44,336 bases of DNA from Mobula hypostoma (taxonomy: Eukaryota): positions 6,529,665 to 6,574,000 of the forward strand of contig NW_026948187.1 of NCBI RefSeq assembly GCF_963921235.1, given 5' to 3'. A model generated the notes under the pieces. It was not told the origin of the DNA and searched no databases. It saw only the letters and a program-made list of their open reading frames with translations. Position 1 is the stretch's first letter. Every line of letters begins with the position of its first letter. Both the position numbers and the translations under genes were made by a program. Below, piece after piece: positions 35,325 to 44,336 of this stretch.

Positions 35325-37590
35325 AGTCCAGGACCAGAGGACACAGATAGAGTGGATGTGGAGAGGATGTTTCCTGTAGTGGGGGAGTCTAGGACCAGAG
35401 GACACAGATAGAGTGGATGTGGAGAGGATGTTTCCTGTAGTGGGGGAGTCTAGGACCAGAGGACACAGATAGAGTGGATGTGGAGAGGATGTTTCCCGTA
35501 GTTGGGGAGTCTAGGAACAGAGGACACAGATAGAGTGGATGTGGAGAGGATGTTTCTTGTAGTGCGGGGGTCTCGGACCAGAGGACACAGATAGAGTGGA
35601 TGTGGAGAGGATGTTTCCTATAGTGGGGGAGTCTAGGACCAGAGGACACAGATAGAGTGGATGTGGAGAAGATGTTTCCTGTAGTGGCGGAGTCTAGGAC
35701 CAGAGGACACAGATAGAGTGGATGTGGAGAGGATGTTTCCTATAGTGGGGGAGCCTAGGACCAGAGGACACAGAGAGAGCGGATGAGGAGAGGATGTTTC
35801 CTGTAGTGGGGGAGTCTCGGACCAGAGGACACATACTGAGTGGACGTGGAGAGGATGTTGCCTGTAATGGGGGAGTCTATGACCAGAGGACAGAGATAGA
35901 GTGGATGTGGAGAGGATGTTTCCTATAGTGGGAGAGTCTAGGACCAGAGGACACAGATAGAGTGGATGTGGAGAAGATGTTTCCTGTAGTGGGGGAGTCT
36001 AGGACCAGAGGGCACAGATAGAGTGGGCGTGGAGAGGATTTTTTCTATAGTGGTGGAGTGTAGGACCAGAGGACACAGATAGAGTGGATGTGGAGAGGAT
36101 GTTTCCTATAGTGGGGGAGTCTAGGACCAGAGGACACAGATAGAGTAGATGTGGAGAGGATGTTTTCTGTAGTGGGGGAGTCTAGGACCAGAGGACACAG
36201 ATAGAGTGGATGTGGAGAGGATGTTTCCTGTAATGGGGGAGTCTCGGACCAGAGGACACATACTGAGTGGAAGTGGAGAGGATGTTGCCTGTAATGGGGG
36301 AGTCTATGACCAGAGGACAGAGATAGAGTGGATGTGGAGAGGATGTTTCCTGTAGTGGGGGAGTCCAGGACCAGAGGACACAGACAGAGTGGATGTGGAA
36401 AGGATGTTTCCTGTAGTGGGGAGTCTAGGACCAGAGGACACAGATAGATTGGATGTGGAGAGGATGTTTCCTACAGTGGGGGAGTCTAGGACCAGAGGAC
36501 ACAGATAGAGTGGATGTGGAGAGGATGTTTCCTATAGTTGGGGAGTCTAGGACCAGAGGACACAGATAGAGTGGATGTGGAGAGGATGTTTCCTATAGTT
36601 GGGGAGTCTAGGACCAGAGGACACAGATAGAGTGGATGTGGAGAGGATGTTTCCTGTAGTGGGGGAGTCTAGGACCAGAGGACACAGATAGAGGGGACGT
36701 GGAGAGGATTTTTCCTATAATGGGGGAGTCTATGACCAGAGGACAGAGATAGAGTGGATGTGGAGAGGATGTTTCCTGTAGTGGGGGAGTCCAGGACCAG
36801 AGGACACAGACAGAGTGGATGTGGAAAGGATGTTTCCTGTAGTGGGGAGTCTAGGACCAGAGGACACAGATAGATTGGAATGTGGAGAGGATGTTTCCTA
36901 CAGTGGGGGAGTCTAGGACCAGAGGACACAGATAGAGTGGATGTGGAGAGGATGTTTCCTATAGTTGGGGAGTCTAGGACCAGAGGACACAGATAGAGTG
37001 GATGTGGAGAGGATGTTTCCTGTAGTGGGGGAGTCTAGGACCAGAGGACACAGATAGAGGGGACGTGGAGAGGATTTTTCCTATAGTGGAGGAGTCTAGG
37101 ACAAGAGGACACAGATAGAGTGGATGTGGAGAGGATGTTTCCTATACTGGGGGAGTCTAGGACCAGAGGACACAGATAGAGTGGATGTGGAGAGGATGTT
37201 TCCTATAGTTGGGGAGCTTAGGACCAGAGGACACAGATAGAGTGGATGTGGAGAGGATGTTTCCTGTAGTTGGGGAGTCTCAGACCAGAGGACACAGACA
37301 GAGTGGATGTGGGAAGGATGTTTCCTATAGTGGGGCAGTCTAGGACCAGAGGACACAGAGAGAGTGGATGTGGAGAGGATGTTCCCTGTACTGGGGAGAA
37401 TCTAGGACCTCAGGACACAGAGTAGATGTAGAGAGGATGTTTCCTACAGTGAGGAGAGTCTAGGATCAGAGGGCACAGATAGAGTGGATGTGGAGAGGAT
37501 GTTTCCTATAGTGGGGGAGTCTAGGACCAGAGGGCACAGATAGAGTGGATGTAGAGAGGATGTTTCCTTTGGTTGGGGACTCTAGAATCA
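35325..37590 (+). repeat. 61-bp CR1-derived minisatellite (~37 units)
   Basis: Unit AGTCTAGGACCAGAGGACACAGATAGAGTGGATGTGGAGAGGATGTTTCCTGTAGTGGGGG; runs directly into CR1 3' sequence (37590-37830). Confidence 0.95.
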
Positions 37591-37899
37591 GAGGGCGCAG
37601 CCTCAGAACAGAGGGTCGCCCATTTAGAATGGAAAAGAGGTGGAAGTTCTTTAGCTGGAGGGTGGGAGAATCTTCCAGCTTGGAGGCCAAGACATTAGAT
37701 GTATTTAAAGCGGAGGTTGAGAGGATCTTGATTATGCAGGGCGCCCAAAGTTACGGTGGGAAGTCAGGTGGATGGGGTTGAGAGGGATAGTAAATCAGCG
37801 GGGAAGAGTCGTCGGGCCGAGTGGTCCGTTTGTGATTCTATGTCCGAGGTGGACAGCCCGACTTTGCCTGACCTTTCCTTATTAGCTGGCACCCCTGTC

Positions 37900-39085
37900 C
37901 AAAGCTTCTCAGCATAACACAAGCAAGGCATTTGACAAGGTGCACCATGCAAGGCTTATTGAGAAAGTAAGGAGGCATGAGATCCAAGGGGTCATTGCTT
38001 TGTGGATCCAGAACTAGCTTGCCCACAGCTTGTTCTGGAGTGGTTGTAGAAGGGTTATATTCTGCATGGAGGCCGGTGACCAGTGGTGTGCCTCAAGGAT
38101 CTGTTCTGGGATCCCCTACACTCTGTGATTTTTATAAAAATGACCTGGATGAAGAAGTGGAGGGATGGGTTAGCAAGTTTGCTGATGACACAAAGGTTGG
38201 GGGTGTTGTGGATCGTGTGGAGGGCTGTCAGAGGTTTGGCTCGACATTGCTAGGATGCAAAACGGGGCTGAGATGTGGCAGCCGGAGTTCAACCCAGATA
38301 AGTGTGAGGTGGTTCATTTTGGTAGGTCAAATATGTTGGCAGAATATAGTATTAATGGTAAGACTCTTGGCAGTGTGGAGGATCAGAGGGATCTCGGGGA
38401 CCGAGTCCATAGGACGCACAAAGCAGCTGCGCAGGTTAACTCTGTGGTTAAGAAGGCGTACGGTGTATTGGCCTTCATCAATCGTGGGATTGGATTTAGG
38501 AGCCGAGAGATAATGTTGCAGCTATATAGGACCCTGGTCAGACCCCACTTGGAGTACTGTGCTCACTTCTGGTCACCTCACTGCAGGAAGGATGTGGAAA
38601 CTATAGAAAGGGTGCAGGGGAGATTTACAAGGATGTTACCTGGATTGGGGAGCATGCCTTATGAGAATAGGTTGAGTGAACTCGGCCTTTTCTCCCTGGA
38701 GGGACGGAGGATGAGAGGTGACCTGATAGAGGTGTATAAGATGATGAGAGGCAGTGATTATGTGGATAGTCAGAGGCTTTTCCCCCAGGGCTGAAATGGT
38801 TGCCACAAAAGGGCACAGGTTTAAGGTGCTGGGGAGTAGGTACAGAGAAGATGTCAGGGGTAAGTTTTTTACTCAGAGTAGTGAGTGCGTGGAACGGGCT
38901 GCCGGCAACGGTGGAGAAGATCGGATACGATAGGGTCTTTTAAGAGACTTTTGGATAGGTGCATGGAGCTTAGAAAAATAGAAGGCTGTGGGTAAACCGA
39001 GTAATTTCTAAGGTAGGGACATGTTCAGCACAACTTTGTGGGCCGAAGGGCCTGTATTGTGCTGTAGGTTTTCTAATTTTCTATG
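37900..39085 (+). mobile_element. CR1 LINE RT region to 3' end
   Basis: [12 protein letters not shown]...[13 protein letters not shown]...LVRPHLEYCAHFWSP; frameshifted. Confidence 0.85.
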
Positions 39086-39544
39086 TAACACTCCATTCCT
39101 GCAACTGGGCGACCGGGACCGTCTTCAGCACTCCGGACGCAGCCTGTCCACAGTTTTAAAAAAATAGCTGTAATATAACGTCCCTTCACGTCCTCTATCG
39201 TCTCCGACTCCAACACCACCCCTGGTACCACATTGCAGGCATCCACCATTCTCTGTGTTAAAAAAAACTTGCCTCTCACCTCTCCTGTGAGATTACCCCC
39301 TCTCGCCTTAAATGTACGCCCCTCTGATATAAGACACCTTCCCCCTCCACCACGGGTGAAAAGTACGGGCTGCCTACTCTGGCTATGCCTCTCATAATTG
39401 CATAAGCCTCTACCAGGTCTCTCCTCAGCCTGCACCGCCCCAGAGAAAACAAACTCCGTTTGCCCGACGTCTTTGCATAATTTTGCCTGACCCCTCTCTA
39501 ATCCATTCAGCGTCCTGGCGAACCTCCACCGCGCCCTCTTCGAC

Positions 39545-39568
39545 GCCGCCGCCGCCGCCGCCGCCGCC
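39545..39568 (+). repeat. (GCC)8 microsatellite in a CpG-rich island
   Basis: Read directly from the sequence. Confidence 0.9.
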
Positions 39569-39655
39569 CCTCCCCTCCTCCAAAACCCCTCCTGTCACGG
39601 GGGCGACCAGGACCGCACACGCGATCCTCAAAGTGCGGCCTGGCCCGAGTTTTTA

Positions 39656-39739
39656 CAAAAAAAAACAACCCAGCGCGACTTCCCTCCGTTCCCCGTGCCG
39701 AAGAAAGTTTTCACAGCTCCGTCGCACCTGTCCCTAACA
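39656..39739 (-). pseudogene. Possible degenerate J-like segment
   Basis: Heptamer-like CACAGCT (39712-39718), 12 nt, weak nonamer TCCCTAACA; minus strand reads KTFFGTG-NGGK-SRWVVFF followed by a weak phase-1 T|GTAAAA donor. Confidence 0.3.
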
Positions 39740-40264
39740 TCACAAGCCCTCCAGCCTCCCGGGACACCCACCGCTCCCCATGTGGGGGAAAGAGAACAAG
39801 AACTGGTCTCCCCGACATCCGATTTTAAATTTGCCCCTTTCCCTCCGGTATGAGACACCTTGACGCTTTGGGAATAAGATCCCTGCTGTCTGCCCTGTTG
39901 CGCCTCCTGCAAACCTGACCCGACTCCCCACTCCACTGGCCTCCGCCGCTCCGGAGAAGTCCAACCCGAGTTGCTTCTAAAGACGAGATGCCAGACAATA
40001 ACACTCACAGACACACACACACAAAACATGCTAAAGGGACCCAGCTTCTATCGGAGGTGTACAGAGTCACCATTTCGGGCCGGGGACACCTTATCGGGTC
40101 TAGGGGGGAACCACTATTTACAGCTCATTCGCTCTCACTCCGGCAGAGCCCCGGTGAAAGATTTGTCCACCTTGTAACCCCGATTCTACCCCCACCCTCC
40201 AACAAACCCTCCCGTCCCCGACGACCCGCAAAGCTACCTTCGAGCCGAGCGGGTGTTGCCTTAC

Positions 40265-40314
40265 GCAGAACGACCAGTTTGGTGCCGCTGCCGAAGTAGG
40301 CTTCGTTACCGGAG
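40265..40314 (-). CDS. TRBJ: TCR beta joining (J) gene segment
   Basis: C TCC GGT AAC GAA GCC TAC TTC GGC AGC GGC ACC AAA CTG GTC GTT CTG C|gtaagg = SGNEAYFGSGTKLVVL. FGxGT motif, phase-1 donor compatible with C exon 1, immediately flanked by an RSS. Confidence 0.92.
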
Positions 40315-40342
40315 CACAGCCGTCAGGCGCCGTACGCGAACA
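40315..40342 (+). promoter_or_regulatory. 12-bp-spacer recombination signal sequence of the J segment
   Basis: CACAGCC (5/7 to CACAGTG), 12-nt spacer GTCAGGCGCCGT, then ACGCGAACA (5/9 to ACAAAAACC), abutting the J coding end. Confidence 0.8.
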
Positions 40343-40689
40343 GGACCCCGCGCCCCCGGGCTCGCCGCGGCCATGAGCTGGGCCCTCCCCGACCTCAACC
40401 CTCGCCCGTTGCAACCCCCGCGAGGAGGGCAACGTGTCGCGGTCGGGAGGCGAGGCGGGGGTGGGGGAGGGACTGGGAGAGCTCGGGGTCTAGGAGCCTC
40501 GACAGCTAAATGCTGTTCGTGTTCATAAGAGACGGGGAGACGGTAAACTTGACCGACCCTTCTCCGGCAACTTTCTGTCCCTCTTTTCCCCTCTCCCTTC
40601 TTCAGCATAGGCCCTCAGATCATCAGACATGGGAGCAACATTCGGCCATTTGGCCCATCGAGTCTGTTCCGCCATTTCATCTGATTCAT

Positions 40690-41360
40690 TAGAACCATAG
40701 AACCCCAATAGACAACTACAGCACAGAAAACAGGACGTTCGGCCCTTCTAGTCCGTGCCGAAACATTATTCCACTAGTCCCATTGACCCACATCCAGTCC
40801 ATAACCCTCCAGACCTCTCCCATCCATCTACCGATCCAATTTATTCTTAAAACGTAGGAGGGAGCCCGCATTTACCACATCGGATGGCAGCCCGATCCAC
40901 ACCCCCACCGCTCTCTGAGTGAAGAAGTTTCTCCCAAACCATTCCCCTTTCATACTAAAGCCACGTCCTCTCGTATTTATCTCTCCTCATCTAAGTGCAA
41001 TGAGCCTACTCGCATTTACTCTGTCTATACCCCTCATAATTTTGTAAACCTCTATCAAATCTCCCCTCATTCCTCCACGCTCCAAGGAATAACGTCGGAA
41101 ACTATTCAATCTTTCCCTGTAAACTCAACTCCTGAAAACCCGGCAGTATCCTAGCAAATCTTCTCTGCACTCTTTCAATCTTACTGATATCCTTCCAATG
41201 GTTAGGTGACTATAACTGCACGCAATACTCCAAATTTGGCCTCACCAATGTCTTATACAACCTCCTCATAACATCCAAAATCCCCTACTCAATACTTAGA
41301 TTTATGAATGCCAGGATGCCAAAAGCTTTCTTTACAACCCTGTCTACCTGTGACGCCAGT
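40690..41360 (-). mobile_element. CR1 LINE 3' fragment
   Basis: Reverse complement carries the ggcattggtgaggccaaatttggagtattg... CR1 block and tail. Confidence 0.75.
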
Positions 41361-41460
41361 TTCTCCTCTTGACCTTTCACGTCCTGACTGCTAACGAACC
41401 TATGCAAAAAATTATCTTGATATCCCTTCTAAGTGGATGTCCTTCTATTCTAAGGCCGTG

Positions 41461-42119
41461 ACCTCTGGTCCTGGACTCCTCCACTAAAGGGAACATCCTC
41501 TGCACATCCACTCTATCTGTGTCCTCTGGTCCTAGACTCCCCCACTACAGGAAACATCCTCTCCACATCCACTCTATCTGTGTCCTCTGGTCCTAGACTC
41601 CCCCAGTGCAGGAAACATCCTCTCCACATCCACTCTATCTGTGTCCTCTGGTCATAGACTCCTCCACTACAGGGAACATCCTCTCCACATCCACTCTATC
41701 TGTGTCCTCTGGTCCTCGACTCCCCCACTATAGGAAACATCCTCTCCACATCCACTCTATCTGTGCCCTCTGGTCATAGACTCCCCCACTATAGGAAACA
41801 TCCTCTCCACATCCACTCTGTCTGTACCTTCTGCTCCTAGACTCCCCCCACTACAGGAAACATCCTCTCCACATCCACTCTATCTGTGCCCTCTGGTCCT
41901 AGACTCCCCCACCATAGGAAACATCCTCTCCACATCCATTCTATCTGTGTTCTCTGGTCCTAGACTCCCCCCACCATAGGAAACATCCTCTCCACATCCA
42001 CTCTATCTGTGCCCTCTGGTCCTAGACTCCCCCACTATAGGAAACATCCTCTCCACATCCACTCTATCTGTGTCCTCTGGTCCTAGACTCCCCCAGTATA
42101 GGAAACATCCTCTCCACAT
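41461..42119 (-). repeat. Second 61-bp CR1-derived minisatellite (~11 units), inverted, inside a CR1 copy
   Basis: Reverse complement of the 35325-37590 unit; CR1 sequence continues on both sides. Confidence 0.9.
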
Positions 42120-42369
42120 TCTCTCCATTTCGGCCTTTTTGAATATTCGATAGGTTTCAATGAGATCCCCCTCATTCTTCTAAACTCCAGCGAGTACAGG
42201 CCCAGAGCCATCAAACACTCATCATGCATTAACTCTTTCATTTCGTTGATCATTCTAGTGAATCTCCCCTGGGCCCTCCCCAATGCTAGCACGTACTTTC
42301 ACAGATAGAGAACTCCAAACCGCTCGCTAGTGCGGCCTAACCAATGCCCCATCAAGTCGCAGCATTACA

Positions 42370-42950
42370 TCCTTGCTATTGTATTCCGGACTTCTATAGT
42401 TGTACCGAGGAGATCATTGTGACGGGTTGCATCACTGTCTGGTACGGAGGGGCTACTGCACAGGCCGGAAAGAAGCTGCAGAGGGTTGTAAATCTAGTCA
42501 GCGCCATCTTGGACACTAGCCTACAAAGTACCCGGGACATCTTCAGGGAGCGACGTCTCAGAAAGATCCACTATTAAGGACCCTCCAGCACCCAGGGCAT
42601 GCCCTTTTCTCACTGCTACCATCAGGTAGGAGGTACAGGAGCCTGAAGACACACACTCAGCGATTCAGGAACAGCTTCTTCCCCTCTTCCATCCGATTCC
42701 TAAATGGTCATTGAACCCATGGACACTACCTCGCTATTTTTAATATACAGCATTTCCAATTTTTGCACATTTTTAAGCAATCTATTCAATATACGTAATT
42801 GATTTACTTGTTTATTTAATATTATGTTTAATTTTATTTATTATTACTGTTTTCTCTGCTAGATTACGCATTGCATTGAGCTGCTGCTGCTAAGTTAACG
42901 AATTTCACGTCCCATGCCGGTGATAATAAACCCGGTTCTGATACGGATTC
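42370..42950 (+). mobile_element. Rex1-like LINE 3' fragment
   Basis: IVTGCITVWYGGATAQAGKKLQRVVN...; 3' cagcttcttcccctc..ccatccgattcct block. Confidence 0.65.
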
Positions 42951-43199
42951 CGATTCTGTCCTCTTGCAATCAATGCTAACATCGCATCCGCCTTCATTAC
43001 CAAAGACTCAACCTGCAAGTTACCCTTCAGGGAATCCTGCCCGAGGATTCACAGGGCCCAGTGCACCTGGGACCTTTTTAAATTGCACCCCCGTTTCAGA
43101 AAAATAGTCTCTTTCCATGCCCTATCTCGCCTCCCCTCTCCTGCCTTATCACTCCCTCATCCTCCACCTCCCTCCCCTTTAGACAGACTATTCAGACCG

Positions 43200-44260
43200 G
43201 ATATTTCTCCCTTTGCACTGAGGTCATGAACCCCACTCCTTCCCTTCCGGGCCCCAAACAACAACGGAGAGTATTAAAGAAAGAGTGGGAAAAGGAGTTG
43301 GGGACCGAGATAGAGGAGGTTATATGGAATGAGGCTTCGGAGTATGTTAACTCCTGTCCATCAATGCCAGGCATTGTTTGATACAATTCAAAATCCTACA
43401 TGTTCTACATTACTCAAAACTGAGGATTCATAAAATATTCCCGGAGATGTGAGAAATGCCAGTCCTGGGAGGCAAATTTGTTACATAGCTATGCATTAAA
43501 TAAAGACATCCCTTAGTCTTGCGAGACCATGGATCTGCACCTGGAGAGTCTTCGCTCTCCAGGGCGCAGGCCCGGGCAAGGTTGTATGGAAGACCGGCAG
43601 CTCTCCCCTGCATGTCTCCCCTCTCCACGCCACTGATGGTGCCGAAGGGAAGGACATTAGGACCCATACAGCTTGGCACCAGTGTTGTCGCAGAGCACTG
43701 TGTGGTTAAGTGCCTTGCTCACGGACACAACACGCTGCCTCGGCTGGGGCTCGACCTCACGACCTTCCCTGGTCCAGTGCCTTCAGCACTTGGCCACATG
43801 CCCACACAGTTATGCTTTATGTCCCAGAATACAAGAGCGCTGGAAGCAAATATTTGAGGTCCCATTTAAGGTACTAAAAGTTCAGATGATACCAGACCCC
43901 ATTTTAACAATTTTTTTTGGAACCTCTGCGAGGCTACCCAGCAACAACTCCTGACCTAATGGAAAGAAACTCAAACTGATGTTCTGGAAAAAGGAGGCAA
44001 CTCCATCACTCAGACAACGGCTGGCTGCATTAAAGGATACTCTGGCCATTATAAAGAATCAGATACGTTATCAAGGACAGACTCAAGGAATCTGAAAAAA
44101 TCGGGCAACTTTTGCTGTTGTATTTGGAAGATACCGACAGCTGAACTAAGTGTGGGGGATGGTAGGACTTAAAGAGTGAATACGGGAGGGGTGAGGGGAG
44201 GGTCGGGCTGGGAAGGGGGAAGGAGACGGGGTGGTCGTGTTTCCTTTGCTTTTTGCTTGT
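43200..44260 (+). mobile_element. L1/Tx1-clade LINE ORF2 C-terminus with CCHC knuckle, interrupted by a SINE
   Basis: KEWEKELGTEIEEVIW...IQFKILH...CEKCQSWEANLLHSYAL|CPRIQERWKQIFEV = C-X2-C-X8-H-X4-C. Confidence 0.7.
43500..43803 (-). mobile_element. tRNA-head SINE (second copy)
   Basis: Reverse complement aligns by eye with 21957-22265. Confidence 0.75.
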
Positions 44261-44336
44261 TCACAATACATACATGGGGGTAGAAGGGTGGGTTGGCAAG
44301 ATTGCAGACGACACAAAGGTTGGTGGTGTTGTGGAT

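Noticed and set aside
40002-40029. CACTCAC-12-ACAAAACAT RSS-like string
   Set aside because: Produced by a (CA)n run; the heptamer is poor and the adjacent sequence has no FGxG.
40530-40582. GGGACAG D-like core and AGEGSVKFTVS J-like peptide
   Set aside because: No flanking 12/23 RSS, no Phe/Trp before the GxG, no donor.
455-42119. Tandem arrays as CRISPR arrays
   Set aside because: Units are head-to-tail with no unique spacers, there are no cas genes, and the context is vertebrate.

Overview
Vertebrate genomic DNA, most likely from a cartilaginous fish and probably a ray (inferred from the CR1/Rex1/Penelope repeat landscape and the receptor sequence). Most of the window is decayed non-LTR retroelements (CR1, Rex1/Babar, RTE, L1/Tx1, Penelope, a tRNA-head SINE) and minisatellites, plus an 821-N gap. 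Within this, on the minus strand, lies the 3' part of a T-cell receptor locus, best matching TCR beta. It comprises one J segment with a 12-bp-spacer RSS (40265-40314), a ~23.2-kb J-C intron, the C1 Ig-domain exon (16674-17018), a 21-nt hinge micro-exon with the interchain Cys (10961-10981) and a 107-nt transmembrane exon (6958-7064). All junctions are GT-AG and phase-compatible, giving ...SGNEAYFGSGTKLVVL-HKDLRNP...VRVQR-DGCGLSN-TSKKLTINSGILTYLLLICKSVLCGAILTVLSCRAK. The terminal cytoplasmic exon, V segments and a canonical D were not found in the window. Notable oddities are a Tyr-to-Cys change in the TM motif, a degenerate J/D-like element, CR1-derived minisatellites (one carrying cryptic acceptors that would encode a short tail), and an intact minimal hammerhead ribozyme in an antisense Penelope copy. 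I see no convincing evidence for a wholly new biological system; the novelty candidates are features of this TCR locus and its repeats. TE boundaries are approximate.
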